DNA of 63,349 nucleotides, filler included, from Albugo candida (Eukaryota): NCBI GenBank assembly GCA_040437565.1. It is 56 parts of 56 records of this genome, joined end to end, with 100 filler letters (N's around TTAATTAATTAA, not from the genome) between each part and the next. Parts side by side here need not be neighbours in the genome. Positions count along the whole stretch, not along the records: positions 33,185 to 34,217 come from JBDOQK010000733.1; positions 34,318 to 35,350 come from JBDOQK010000734.1; positions 35,451 to 36,482 come from JBDOQK010000735.1; positions 36,583 to 37,614 come from JBDOQK010000736.1; positions 37,715 to 38,744 come from JBDOQK010000737.1; positions 38,845 to 39,874 come from JBDOQK010000738.1; positions 39,975 to 41,003 come from JBDOQK010000739.1; positions 41,104 to 42,131 come from JBDOQK010000740.1; 48 more parts are not named here. One strand, 5' to 3'. Shown piece by piece: positions 33,763 to 47,611 of this stretch (position 1 is its first letter; each line of letters starts with the position of its first letter). The notes under the pieces were generated by a model. It saw only the letters and a program-made list of their open reading frames with translations, ran no database searches and was not told where the DNA came from. The position numbers and the translations under genes were made by a program.

Positions 33763-36582
33763 ATACGTTTGGACAGAGTTTCTCGTGGTGGACCCTTAAG
33801 CTGTGAATACAACTCGATTGTTTTCCATCTCCCTTTGGATGTCTCGTTCTTGTTTTTATTCAATTTGGCTCTTGCCACATTCAAAAGGCTGATGAACGAC
33901 ATTTTGTTATTTGAGAAATTGTTTCTATATGCTTTGAGACTGTGGGCCGCAAATTATAAGCTCAATTTCAAATTGATGTAAGAACTCCGAATTACATCAA
34001 ACGCGATGCGCTTTCGGCAGTGCCCATCTCATCGCAAAGTAAGTTTTTTGGTACAGACGTTAGTACTTGACATGATGGGAGGCTCTCTTTGATTGACCTC
34101 CATCGATTCTTGGACGTGTTTTCTTAAAGGAGCGTATAACGCTGTATATACGCAATCGTATCGTCCGCAGATACCAAAGGAGTTTAGCTACATAGCATCT
34201 CGAGTAAGTAGGCTACTNNNNNNNNNNNNNNNNNNNNNNNNNNNNNNNNNNNNNNNNNNNNTTAATTAATTAANNNNNNNNNNNNNNNNNNNNNNNNNNN
34301 NNNNNNNNNNNNNNNNNGCAAAACGGCAATTGCACAAAAGAATGGCAATCACAAATGCCCCCAGAACGCTAGTGACCTTTGGTGTTTCTGTGGTATTTTG
34401 ACAATTAAAATAGCTTGATAATTAAATGAGATCAAATAAAGTGTTTTATTAAGATAATAGAATAAAACTGAAGAACTAATTCTGAAGAGAATGAAGAGTC
34501 TTTTTATATGATCTTGATATCCTAAAATATGTCGTTATTTACTACTATTAAGAAAATGTGGTTCTAAAGTGAATATGTTTCAATTATTGATTATTGTTGA
34601 CTATTCCAAGGAATGGTTATTAAACAATGATCAATTCTGCCTTGCCATCAATGACTGAGCTACCAGGACCTATTATTCTTTTATTTTAACATACTAGAAG
34701 AGTGTGTTAAAATATCACCGAGAAAACTAAAGAAATAAAATAATAAGTCATGATAAGAAACTAATATTCGTTAATGCTGCAAAAGTTAAAATGTGAGAAC
34801 AGTGGTTAGTCGACAAAGTTTAAAATCTAGCTATTTATCTCAGATCAAACATTTGTCTCCAAGTAAATAGTAACCATAATTGAGTCTACTCCTTTACATG
34901 GTTGTGGATTAATATACCCCTAAATATATCCGTATCTTAATCCTATTATATACCTTGAACGTCATATAATAATAATAATATACATGAAATGTATTCTCTA
35001 ATAATAATCTGTTCTGTATCTTGTATGAGGTAGCTAAGCTCATGCAAGAATTATTATTATCAAATATCTCTTTCTTGTGTATTATTGTATTGTATGTATT
35101 TATTGATCATAAGTTAAATTCTTAGATGAAACCATAATCTTTACATGTAGATATCTTTATAATACATTAATTCTTTTATGTATTGTAAAGAAGAATTAAC
35201 TTGTGCAACATTATTTTAGAATTATTCTTAATTTGGAGTAATAAGTGACATTGCTTGATTTGAAGCAAATGTCTTTATTTATTATTTTTTTATAAGTGTA
35301 CGACTTTGGATATTTAATTTATTATGAGCATATATATTTTATATATGTGANNNNNNNNNNNNNNNNNNNNNNNNNNNNNNNNNNNNNNNNNNNNTTAATT
35401 AATTAANNNNNNNNNNNNNNNNNNNNNNNNNNNNNNNNNNNNNNNNNNNNTAACGCAACAGATGTTTTGAAGGTAGTGTACTATAATACTGTAAAAAAAA
35501 GAAAGAAAGGAAGAAAAAAAAAAAGATAAATGGTATTTTTTTGATTGATAAGAAAAATTAATTAATCAGCCACTGTTTAATAATTAAATCATATATAATC
35601 CTTCCTGTTTTGGGGCAATTTTAAACCCCGGAAACACAGTTTGTCGAGTTTAAATTATATGTCAATTACTAATTTTAATAAATTGCCTTTTTCTCTACTA
35701 AATTATTGTCACACACACTTTCCACTTTACAAGTTTACACACCCACCCGAAAATTGTCGGAAACTCAAAATATTCTGGGATATAAAAGTTTTTCCGTACG
35801 ACCTGCCCCTTTTGGAGCTGAGGGAACACAAGATTCTGAGCTTTCAGCTTCATAAATAAAATATTATTGGTAAAATAAAACAACTTTCAAAATATTATTG
35901 GTAGAAAATAGCATGAGTAGTGGTTATAAAATGATGGTTTTTATTGATAATATTGACTAACGATATATAAAAATTTAATAGAATCTAATACTAGCAATGG
36001 TAGCGATACATACAGTATAATCCGAAAGAGGAGAGAGGGGTGTGTCTTATTACCTAGAAAAAAGAAGTACATTTAAAGATTCATCATATAGACACTAAAT
36101 AAGATGATATATACCTTTCATATTCTTTATATTAAGCGAGAGAGCTAAAGTAGTTGAGGAACAACACCTAAAAAAGAAAAATTTAGTAGTCATTCTCATA
36201 TTATTAAAGTGAAGAGATCGAAGATCTTCAATACAAAAAAAACAGACAAAATTAAAAGTAATAGAATTAATCAGCTGCAAAAAGGTATCTCAAAGACTTT
36301 ATTATATAAAATATCCTCTATTTAAATAAACTGGGTGTTGTTATTGTTACATATAAACTCTGTGATTGTGTTCGGACACAACATAACTATTAGTGATACT
36401 TGAGAGTATCTCGTACCTGCATCTGTAGAATTTTAGTGTTACACGTACGTATATATATGTACTATTGATTAGCAGGAGTGTANNNNNNNNNNNNNNNNNN
36501 NNNNNNNNNNNNNNNNNNNNNNNNNNTTAATTAATTAANNNNNNNNNNNNNNNNNNNNNNNNNNNNNNNNNNNNNNNNNNNN

Positions 36583-37614
36583 CCCTAATTATAGTTCTTC
36601 CATTAACAATAGCCGCGGTTATACGATCCGGATAATTTCTTTAGCATCACCTTTATCCAATTCAATTACCCGTCTTGAGAGAGGATCACTAGTATTATAT
36701 TCACCTTTACGATAGCGTAATTCAAAATCAAAATCCAGAAGACAAGCGGCCCAACGATTTAGCTTTGGAGTTACCTTAGACTTCCGAAAAGTATACAACA
36801 AAGAAGAGCAATCAGTAATCAAAATAAATTTACGACCTTTCAAGTAATGTTTGTAGTGCATTACACCCCATACAGCAGCCAAAGATTCCAAATGATGAAT
36901 AGATAAATTTGCAGTTGCACCAGTAACAGCCTTAGACCCATACGAAATGACTTGTTCATTTTCCATACCTTCCCAACTATCAACTTGAGAGAGAATAGCA
37001 CCTAGACCAGTAATAGAAGCATCGACCGATAAAACTTGCACCTTATTTTTATCAGGATAAGTAAGAATAGGAGCACTAACGAGACATTTCTTTAATTCCT
37101 GAAAAGACTTTTCTTGAGCATCACCCCAATTGAACACACAGTTCTTTCTTGTCATTTTAGTAAGTGGTGAAGAAATAGTAGCATAACCAGGAACATATTT
37201 TCTGTAATACCCAGACAAACCAAGAAAAGAACGAACTTCAGACACATTACGAGGACTAGGAAAAGCCTTCAATTTCTCAACATTTCTTGCACAAGGAGAA
37301 GTACCATTAGCGCCTAGAACATGACCCAGATACTCGACAGAAGATTCACCAATAAATGATTTCTTTCTTTTCAGCTTTAGATTAGCTTTTTCACAAGCCA
37401 TAAACATTAATTCCAAATGCTTTTCATGTTCTCCCATACTTGAAGAGAAAACCAAGATATCATCCAAGAAATTGTAAATAAAATCACCAATATAATCCTT
37501 GAATATATCCGTAACCACCCTAGAATATTCAGCAACACCCACAGTAATACCTTGAGGACAAACTTTGTACCGGTAAGTGCCAGTCTTAGTGATAAAGCCA
37601 GTAACCTCACGATG
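36583..37614 (-). mobile_element. Ty3/Gypsy pol RT-RNase H (AT-rich host); frame stops just after RNase H
   Basis: FLDD, YLGH, VRSFLGLSGYYRKY, VDAS..GLGAILSQ, LESLA, ITDC, LNRW, SDPLSR. Confidence 0.93.
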
Positions 37615-37714
37615 NNNNNNNNNNNNNNNNNNNNNNNNNNNNNNNNNNNNNNNNNNNNTTAATTAATTAANNNNNNNNNNNNNNNNNNNNNNNNNNNNNN
37701 NNNNNNNNNNNNNN

Positions 37715-37772
37715 AATGGTTAGGATTCATCCCTTCCAAGGATGAGGTCGGGTTCGATTCCCCGACGGCGCA
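37715..37772 (+). tRNA. tRNA-Gly(TCC), 5' truncated
   Basis: Anticodon arm CATCC-CTTCCAA-GGATG, GGTTCGATTC T-loop, 3' ACGGCGCA and a T5 terminator downstream. The T stem looks one G short. Confidence 0.8.
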
Positions 37773-39974
37773 CGTTGCTTTTTCATCTAAGTACTCTGCT
37801 ACCAACTCCCGGTGCTTTTACACATATCTGAGGTGGCAGACCAAGTCGATCGCCAAGCACGCAAACTCGTGGTTGCGAATGCAAACAATCAGTGCTCAAC
37901 AGCATGAAACTGTCTCTAGTCTACACCAAATCTGCTAGAAATGGTCTGAACATTCCAGTCTTCGTATGCTGGTTGGAAGCGGGCCGCTTCCAAGCAACGA
38001 TCTTGCATTGTAAAACTGCACGCATCTTCGTTTCTATGCCAAAAAATAGCATCTATGAAATCAGCTGCGAAGATCGGTTACAACTAAGAACGATTTCCTT
38101 CGATCATTACCACATTGATGTCCTGGTTTCGACCACCATATGGTTGATTGAATCTCTACTTTCATTACCCCCATCATCCATTCGGACATCTCAGAGAGTA
38201 CTCAATACGAAAAGGATGAACCTTGTTCCGTACGTTAGAATACTCCATGACACGGGTCGTTCATGAAAACACGGCTTCGAGAAAACGATTTGATATGCAT
38301 CACTTATTATACACTGAAATAAACTTACAGCCGGCAACTGCATATGTCAAACGAATTTCTTGTCGATGCGTGTGGGCGCCGGCGAAAGGAAAGAGCGTCG
38401 ACAGGTGCATGTGTCCGATGCATTCGCAGTTTTCGCATCGACTGGACAACCCGCCACAATCGAACTCGATCGTGTCGCTCTTTTCGCAACTGATCACCGC
38501 TACACACGTCGACACTGTTCATAGAACTGTAGCGGCTCACTCATATATTGGTTGCTGCGGACGTCGCAAAAGGGCGATAGTCTTGGTACGGAGTAAGAAT
38601 GTGTTGGAAGTGGGCTTGTCATAGCGGACACTTCCTTCCGGGTCGACGCCCCAGCTGCCAGGTTTGGTGGTTATGGTGGGTGATTTGTGTGGTTACTACA
38701 CTAAGTTCTCGAAGGTTCTTAATCGTTGAGCGCAGGATAGAGCANNNNNNNNNNNNNNNNNNNNNNNNNNNNNNNNNNNNNNNNNNNNTTAATTAATTAA
38801 NNNNNNNNNNNNNNNNNNNNNNNNNNNNNNNNNNNNNNNNNNNNTAAAAAAAGTAAATATCTGGTTATGTAAACGCATCAAGAGACATCAACGCCTAATG
38901 TTGATATTACTCTGCAACGCTCTAGTGGCAAATAGTATTTGTTTTTGAACTATCTGTGATAAATCATGTTATTTCTTTAAAGTATCTTTTCTCCCTCCTC
39001 ACTGACTTTTTAGTATTCGTCAGATGCAGTTTTTAGCTTGTTATGCAGTTTATTAGGCGCTCGATTTTATTATCAAGGGTTGCAATTACAAGTCATGCGT
39101 GCGTACTAGTACGTGGCTCGGTTTTATCTTTAATAAACAAGTAACTTTTTTCAGGGCAACTGACAATAAAAAAAGCACAGCTTATTAGTAGCATTTCTAT
39201 ACAAAATAGCTGTGATGTATACTAGATTCAGCTACAGCGATCATGGTCAATATATAATAAAAAGGGAGCTTATGTAGGTGTGTTTTCACACAATAGTTGT
39301 AATGTATACTATATCCAGCTACAGTAAAAATACTCATCAATGAAAAGGCGACTATTCACTGCATTTCTCTGCGCCAGTGATAGCTACTAATGATAAGATA
39401 TCTTATTATATTTCTCTGCAGCAGTCAAAGTTACTAATAAAAAAGGCAGCTTTATCATATTTCTCTGCGACACTCATTGCTACTAGTGAAAAAGACCAAC
39501 ATTTACTGATGAAATACAGATTTACGGCATCATAAAACGGTGGATAAGTGGAAGCAAGTTATATAGGCGTGCATTATAGGCATTATAGGCGCTCGAGACA
39601 GACCTCCCCTTATACGAGTAGGCATTATAAACACTTACGCCTAAACATAGTATTAAGTCCCAACGAGAAGTATCTAAAAGATCGAATATATAAGTATGAA
39701 CCAAATACAAGTATTTATATCAATTATTAGTGGTTTTAAGCGTTTTATATAGCATTATATGTGTTGTTGCAAAATATAAAAAGGTCGCATTACCAACGGA
39801 AAATTAAAAATAACCAAGTTGAAAAAATTCCTGACCTTTGCATTTTTGATGCTCCTGTAAAAAATTATATGTATNNNNNNNNNNNNNNNNNNNNNNNNNN
39901 NNNNNNNNNNNNNNNNNNTTAATTAATTAANNNNNNNNNNNNNNNNNNNNNNNNNNNNNNNNNNNNNNNNNNNN

Positions 39975-41003
39975 GCCAAATCATTAAACACACCAGATGC
40001 CAATGTATACCTTGACAACATGTATTTCAAGGAAAATCCAGAAATTCATCACATGCCTGCTTCATGGACTGAATTCGAAAAATCTATTATTCTTCCTCAT
40101 TTAGCTTCAATTGAAGATACTCTACTTAACAGCAGAATTTCATTTAGAGAAACTACTAGTAAAAATGAACACAAAAAAAGAAAAACAAACGACAATTCCG
40201 GTACTGATGCTAATAAATCAGACAACCAACACCCCGTTTCCAAATATAGTTCTTATAATAATAGAAACAACAATAACAAAAACAACAATAATTACCGTGC
40301 TCGTATTTGTACGTATTGTTACAAAGTTCCTCATTCTAGAGAACATATGGAAATGTGTGAAGATCGTCGTAAACATATACAACAAAAAATAGAAAAAAAT
40401 AATAATAATAATAATCATGTAAGTACCCCTACAAATGATAATAATAAATATGTTGGAAAAGTAGAAGTGTCTAATGAATTGACATCTTCTACTGATATTC
40501 AACAACAACAAAATTTAAACAACGATTCTAATCATAAATCATCTGCTAGTAATGAAATTAATGACGAGACTTCTACTGATGCTGATTTAGATATAATTTC
40601 TTTTTCTTCTGATGACGATGATCTATATAATTCTGATATTGATGATGAATACAAACAAATATTTAATAATTTTATAAATAAAGAAAATTATGAAAACTAT
40701 TCTACTACTGTCTCATTACGTAAAAGCTGCAATGTATTTTCCGTTACTAGAAAAAATGAAGGTGATATAGAAAATCCATTTAAAACAGAAAATCCTTCAT
40801 TTTCTCCTGTAACGCCTATAACGATCAATACTATAAATTGCTTAGGTATTATTGATACAGGAGCGGATGTCAGTATACTTAGCAAAAGCTTTGCTATCGC
40901 AAATAACATAAAATTTCAATCTATTCCCGGTAAATTAGTTTTAGCGGATGGTAATTCATTGCCTAGATTACAAACAATAGAATTTTTGAAAGTAGAATAT
41001 GAC
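39975..41003 (+). mobile_element. LTR retrotransposon gag-protease region
   Basis: Zn-knuckle-like CTYC...H...H...C, an N-rich linker and aspartic protease GIIDTGADVSILS in one open frame. Confidence 0.82.
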
Positions 41004-42231
41004 NNNNNNNNNNNNNNNNNNNNNNNNNNNNNNNNNNNNNNNNNNNNTTAATTAATTAANNNNNNNNNNNNNNNNNNNNNNNNNNNNNNNNNNNNNNNNN
41101 NNNCCTGTTTGGTCGCTGTTCATATATTACTGTTTTCGTCATACTTGCTACTCTTAATATTTACTGTAATCAATGCAACAAGAAGTGAAAAGGACATCTC
41201 TTCTTGGAATAATTCAATTTCCGCTGCCTGAAAATATGAATACGTTATTTATCCTACTCAAGATTTCCGATTAAAATACTCCAATAAAACATCTCAGGCA
41301 CATTGGTATAGTAGCTAAATTCAAAAGTAAAAAAATCACAAGCAAACAAAGCCCGTTTATTTGCAAGTCGAAATAAATAAAAATAAAGAAATCAACCTTG
41401 TTCCGTAAGATTGCGATGAGGATTTTTTTTCACGCACTTTCTGCTAGAGATATTCAAGTTGTTAGGTTTATTTTCATACCTTTTTTTGCTGGTACTATCG
41501 ATTAATTTATTCAACTGATTTTGATCTTAAGATATTTTTTTTTATATCTACACGCCGTATATTGTGTTTATAGCTGTTTATTATATAGGCTTGATCAGAG
41601 CTCATAATTTTAACATCGACGTTATTAATACCACCACCATAGATAATATATAAAATCATTTTTTAAAGTGTAAGAAAGTCCAGTATGTAGTAGCAAGAGC
41701 AGCAAGAAGAATATGCTTACACAGAGTATTAGAATTACTACGTACATGATTATATTGCATTTATAAGAAGTAAAGTAGGATTTTGTATTTATCATCATCA
41801 GTGAAAGAATTACAGCAAAAAGCTTCACCGCCATTATTATTATCACTTGTTAATTTCTCATTCATCAAAGCGGTAAGAGGAGGAAAAAGATTAATTGATG
41901 ATGACAAATATTTCGATATTTTTCATCCTCAATATATCGCTAGTACTTTTGTCTTTACCAGCAAAAAAATAACGAAGGTGGCCACAGTGAAAAAAAAAGG
42001 GCGTCGTCTTTGTATTTATTAAGGAAACTTGTATATAGCATACTGAAAGCGCAATATAATACACTTTTTAAGCGTAGACCACCATCATCTCACTATCGAC
42101 AACGTAGTAGTAAAAGAAGCTACTGCGGATTNNNNNNNNNNNNNNNNNNNNNNNNNNNNNNNNNNNNNNNNNNNNTTAATTAATTAANNNNNNNNNNNNN
42201 NNNNNNNNNNNNNNNNNNNNNNNNNNNNNNN

Positions 42232-42408
42232 AAGATTAACCTGGGACACGTTCATGATCCAAATATGTCTGTTAAAGACATTCGTCAAAATTTAGATACT
42301 GTTAGAGGTCATCTTGTTGAATTCCCTACCAAGTTCTTGAGCTTTGAAGATCTTCAAAGTGAAGCTATTCCTCTTATTGGAAGTGCTATGCAAGAATTAT
42401 ATACTTAA
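42232..42408 (+). CDS. Phospholipase D, extreme C-terminus
   Basis: LDTVRGHLVEFPTKFL..EDL...QELYT* is a typical PLD1/Spo14 ending. Confidence 0.75.
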   Translation, partial: KINLGHVHDPNMSVKDIRQNLDTVRGHLVEFPTKFLSFEDLQSEAIPLIGSAMQELYT

Positions 42409-42666
42409 TTCATTCATCTCTTTTTTTTTTCTTTTACCTTGTAATACCTCTTTATACTTTTTTTTTTCCCGCTACAACATACTCTATATTTAAATAAATA
42501 ATATCTTAAATCATTATTCGGGGGAAAGAAATGTACAATTCAGTAACGGCGGATTCCGGTTACGTGATTGGCTACAAAGCTCCAAGTGTTTATTGATTTT
42601 GAAACCATCCACTGATTTTGAAACTGTTTCCCTTTTCAGTTCTTTTACAAAAAAAACTAAATCAAA

Positions 42667-43259
42667 ATGGCAAATTGGAGCCAACTTCCTGTTGAGATTT
42701 TAAGCGGCATCTTTCACCACTTGAATTCAGGTCGAAGTTACAGCAAGGATCTTGAAGCGTGTGCGTTAACTTGCCATAGCTGGAGACTTTCTGCACGACC
42801 CATTCTATTTTCAAGAATAGAAATCGCTTTTAGAGAGCAGTTTGCAAAACTAATGCAGTACATCATTACGCATGATCAACCGTTAGGTGGACTTGTCAAG
42901 TATCTAGATATAACAGAAGTATTTGATGAGATAGGAGAAGAAATAGCCGAATTTTTGGGCGCGTTATTCCCAAACTTGGAAGAACTCGTTTTTAAAGAAA
43001 ATCCAGTGAGTTATGAAGTTATTTGTAATTCGATTTGTGAAGGAGGAAGATTATCAGGTCTCAAAGTAGTCCCTGAAAATAATAATAATTGGCGATTTGA
43101 AAGCTACTGGAATTGTTTGAAAAAGAAGAAAGATGTGATTTCTCATATCAAATTGGTTGATCAAGTTATTTTTGGTGATCTAGATAATTTTTCTAATTTG
43201 AAAAGTATGGCAATAGAGTTTGAGCACGAAGAGAGTAGAAGTTTTATGGATTACTTGGA
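42667..43259 (+). CDS. F-box protein with downstream LRR-like region (3' truncated)
   Basis: WSQLPVEILSGIFHHL...DLEACALTCHSWR..ARPILF; FPNLEEL. Confidence 0.85.
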
Positions 43260-43359
43260 NNNNNNNNNNNNNNNNNNNNNNNNNNNNNNNNNNNNNNNNN
43301 NNNTTAATTAATTAANNNNNNNNNNNNNNNNNNNNNNNNNNNNNNNNNNNNNNNNNNNN

Positions 43360-44384
43360 ATTCACGTGCGAGCTCGCGAGGAGCACTCTGAAGCGGAAAA
43401 GAGTACGTTTGATGCTTTGAAGCGCAGGGTCTTATCGCTACTTATCCATATTTCTACTAGTTAGTGAGTTGGTCGACTTCTTTCCCGATTTTTTATGGGT
43501 AGTCAGAGATTTTACCCTTCAATTGAGTGAAGCGGGAAAAAAAATGACTGCGAAAGAGTATCTGGAGAGTGCGCTCAGACCTCATTCTGTATCGAATGAG
43601 CAACCACATGACCAAAATCACTTGGGAGATGTATTGGCTTCAGTCTTTCCATCCAGAGACTGTGTGACATTGGTGAGACCCGTGAATGATGAATCGCTTC
43701 TTCGTGATTTATTCGATCAGCCGTTTACATCCCTGCGAGAGGAATTTCGGGTCCAAATAGACGAACTCAAGCTGAAGATTAATGATCTTTTAAAGCCGAA
43801 ACAGATGATGAAGACGCTACTAAATGGGTCCATGGTAGCAGCGCTTCTACAAAGCTATGTGGATGCATTCAACTCTGGCTCCGTTCCGGTCATCTCAAAT
43901 GCTTGGGATCGTGTGCTAAACAATCAACTCGAACAAGCTCTTCAAACCGCCAAACAAATTTTTACGAGTCGCATGGACGCGGAAACACGACAAAAGAAAT
44001 TGAGAGGTACCTGTTCTCACATTCAAGGATTGCATCAACTCTTGCGTTTATAGGAATCGAGGAGCATCCACTGGATGAATCCGAAATCGACTCTACATAT
44101 ATGCACTGTCGATTGGAAGCCGAGCAGACGCTGATGAGAAAAGAATTCTTGACGTCGGATATGCTGCCTTCATACTTACTTGCATTGTCCGACTATATGG
44201 CCAGCTTCCTGCGAGAAGTATACGAAAAAAATGAGTCTTTTTCAGCTGTTTACAATGCAAAGTTCCTGGATAAATTGTACCTCAAAAAGACGAAACTTGT
44301 AGCTCAAACACAACAAGCTACCCAGAGTCTAGAAGAGATTTTGGTGTCGTCTCGAAATCAACTGGAAGTCGTGACGAAACAGTA
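43360..44384 (+). CDS. Guanylate-binding protein (GBP) family GTPase, internal spliced fragment
   Basis: FPDFLWVVRDFTLQL, KEYLESAL, FPSRDCVTLVRPV, LNGSM...QSYVDAFNSGSVPVISNAW. An intron near 44007-44053 joins the two track ORFs. Confidence 0.87.
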
Positions 44385-44499
44385 NNNNNNNNNNNNNNNN
44401 NNNNNNNNNNNNNNNNNNNNNNNNNNNNTTAATTAATTAANNNNNNNNNNNNNNNNNNNNNNNNNNNNNNNNNNNNNNNNNNNNTTTATTTATGTAAAA

Positions 44500-44949
44500 T
44501 TAGTCGCTATCAGAACCAATATAGTTTAACGTTAAAACGGTGTTAGGATCATTTCCAAAATAAACAACTCCGTAATAACCGCTTGTTACGCATTGAACCT
44601 GTTGTCCTTTCCAATCTGGTGTATTCAGTTGTTCAATAACTGCTGTGTCAGGTTTACCATCAAATGCATCTGAATATAAATTCAAGTAGGCTCTACTACT
44701 TCCATTTATATCAATATACCAAATTTTGGCAAATGTAAATGACTCGTATCTACCATCAGTGAAATAACGAGGGCGATATTGATCGTTATCATCCATATCA
44801 CCGTTTAAGAAATAGGCAATCTTGACAGTTTTTGGGTGATTATCGAAATAAAATCCAAATTTAACAGTAATATCTTTACTAGTAATTTTTGTGGGTCCTG
44901 GTCCTCCAAAGAATTCATTTTTTTTTATTATACCATTTTCTTCAGACAT
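44500..44949 (-). CDS. Complete 149-aa intronless hypothetical protein
   Basis: ATG-to-TAA ORF in AT-rich DNA with natural globular composition (G/Y/F/D-rich). No family recognised. Confidence 0.7.
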   Translation of the reverse strand: MSEENGIIKKNEFFGGPGPTKITSKDITVKFGFYFDNHPKTVKIAYFLNGDMDDNDQYRPRYFTDGRYESFTFAKIWYIDINGSSRAYLNLYSDAFDGKPDTAVIEQLNTPDWKGQQVQCVTSGYYGVVYFGNDPNTVLTLNYIGSDSD

Positions 44950-45608
44950 GTTTGATTTTAGATAGGATTGTTGTTTATTGATGATAAATAAAATAAATGA
45001 AGAATAAAAATTTAAGCAAACTTGAATTTATAGCAATCACAGATAATATGCAGTCCCTTGGTGTTACTTGTGAGAACCAACAAAAAATTGTCTTTGTTTG
45101 AATATGGGTAGTTGTATCTGCTATTGACAAAACATTTATTGCCATTCTTGAATTTAAAAGCGGAACAAAAAGGCGGGGATACCTTTTTCACCTTACACAA
45201 ACTACTAATATGTCAGAATGCGCGCAGTTGCTCTTTTTCTTTTGGTTTGTAGAGATCATTTGATCTTACTTGAATATGCAGTCGTCTAAAATAATCACAC
45301 CAGCACAGCATTTAAAGCGTCAATCTTGATTATACTAATAATGCGCACCCTTCTACTATTCTTTAAACTTTGGTACTAATAAAAAATTACTGCAGCTTTC
45401 TTAGAAATGTGCAATTACAACCGTTTGCCGTGTAATAGCTGCTGTACTACGTGTTCATGGCATTACTACGATGAGAAATTACTATTTTCTTTTTGAAAAA
45501 GTACAACANNNNNNNNNNNNNNNNNNNNNNNNNNNNNNNNNNNNNNNNNNNNTTAATTAATTAANNNNNNNNNNNNNNNNNNNNNNNNNNNNNNNNNNNN
45601 NNNNNNNN

Positions 45609-46631
45609 GCATGATTTGTAAATGTCTATTGTCTGATTTACGTTGCATAGCAGCATGAAGTAACGATATACCTAAAGATAAAGCGGTCATACGATCTTTA
45701 GGTGCAATAGCATAAGTCCTCATAAAAAATACTATCAACACTATTAGTTACTCGGAACATATAAAACCATCATTCGTTACTTACAACTAGCAGCAATATG
45801 ATTTCTTGTTGAATTCATAATTTGACCAAACAATGAAAGCATAATAGGATTAGCATGGTTAGGTGCAGTAATACCCATTTTTTCAATCACACTAGCTCGA
45901 ATATACTTGGGTATATGAAAATATCTACTATAATCTTGTTCATCCGCAGTAGAAGGATCCACATTCATGGCTAAAATAGCATCGTTTAACTCTTTAATCT
46001 CTTCAAGATCAGGTTGAGTGGTATCTTTTCCTCCTAACCGTTTACGTGTACTTGCTACAATCGCATCCATAAGTCGAATATTACGTGCTAAATATTTCAT
46101 TTGATTATAGGATGCATAGGCATTTTCATCTTTACCACCACAACTAATCACAGCTGCATAAAGTCGGTAAGGATCGTTTCTAAATTGATAGAAATTACAT
46201 AGCCAACGCATGCCTTCCTGTGAAATGAACTCACTGTCGTTCACTAAACCACAACCTATGTTTTAACCATGTTGGTTAGTTATTTCTAAACCCCTTCTTT
46301 TTAAAAATATATGTATATATTTACCAGTGAGTGTTAGTTTGATCGCTGTCTTTCTTTCAGCGTCATGATAATTGACGTTGGCTACATGCAATCGTTTTAA
46401 AAGCTCATATGATTCTTCCATTCTTTTTGTAATAGCCAACATGTAGGCATACTATAAAAAAGATATGTCAACGTTAAATTCAAATATAAATTTAGAGAAA
46501 AAAACTCACCTTTAAAAATACACTTAACCATTTATCAAATGAATATCCACGGAAATGAGAAGCTTCAGCAATTCTAGCATTTTCATCTTCTCGTTCAAGC
46601 ATCAATCTTTCTTCATCATCCAACTCGTTCA
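45609..46631 (-). CDS. TFC4: TFIIIC TPR subunit Tfc4/GTF3C3, internal spliced fragment
   Basis: FRGYSFDKWL..F, YQFRNDPYRLY, KYLARNIRLMD, NPIMLSLFGQI, AIAPKD...LSLGIS.LH.AMQRKSDNRHLQIM; three GT-AG introns. Confidence 0.85.
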
Positions 46632-47454
46632 NNNNNNNNNNNNNNNNNNNNNNNNNNNNNNNNNNNNNNNNNNNNTTAATTAATTAANNNNNNNNNNNNN
46701 NNNNNNNNNNNNNNNNNNNNNNNNNNNNNNNAAAGACATTTTATGCCACCTCTATGCCTTTCACGAAGGACATTTGTAATTAAACAAACACTACATCTTC
46801 TAAATTAGCATAATAGTTCTGAATTTGAACTTCCTTTGTAAATAGTAAAACATTTCTGTATAGTTTACTTTTCTAGTAGCTCTTTTTTTTGCTAAGGCTT
46901 GTTGAGCCCATTTAGAAAATTTAGGTGCAATACTTATTAAACATGGCGTTGTAACTGAATGACTGTAAACATTTAAATTATGCATTATCATTAAGTACAT
47001 TCGAAAAAGTAGCTGACGAAGAAGCACCGGAAAGGGTAAGCCTTGCTTTCTTTTTAGTTGGAGTAGAGAATTCATACCTTGTTTTAGACGAAACAAAAAT
47101 ACGAATTGATTTACATATAGCAAAATCATTATAAGCAGCTGAATCACAATGCTCTTTTCTGTCTAAATATTATGCTGGCCACTTAAATATCTAAATGCTT
47201 TATAGTAATAAATTTAATTGTTCCTGAGCAATTACTTGCCATCGTAATGTTGCATAAGACTAATATTGAGACTATTGTTCGCATTCTGAGCAAACTACCA
47301 ATGCCATAGTCATTCATCATTTTATCAAAGAGAGCTTTTATTGAGTCTTTTAAGCAGCTATTATAGCATGTCTTGTTACTTGACATATGCTTAAATAATG
47401 ATAAAAAAATGATGTGGGAGTAGCACTAATTTCAAAAAAAGTCTATTGTATTAA

Positions 47455-47611
47455 ATTCAAAGTCCTTTACACTCCATTCTGGCGTTTTTATTGGGTTAAT
47501 AAAATAATTTCAAGCGATTCTATTGACTGAAAGAGTTGCCAATAAAAGTGCCTGAACGAGTGTAAAAGGATCCAATAAAAATGCCAGAATGGAGTGTAAA
47601 GGACTTTGAAT
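47455..47611. mobile_element. MITE-like element, 157 bp, with 40-bp TIRs
   Basis: ATTCAAAGTCCTTTACACTCCATTCTGGCGTTTTTATTGG and its reverse complement match at 39/40. Confidence 0.82.
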
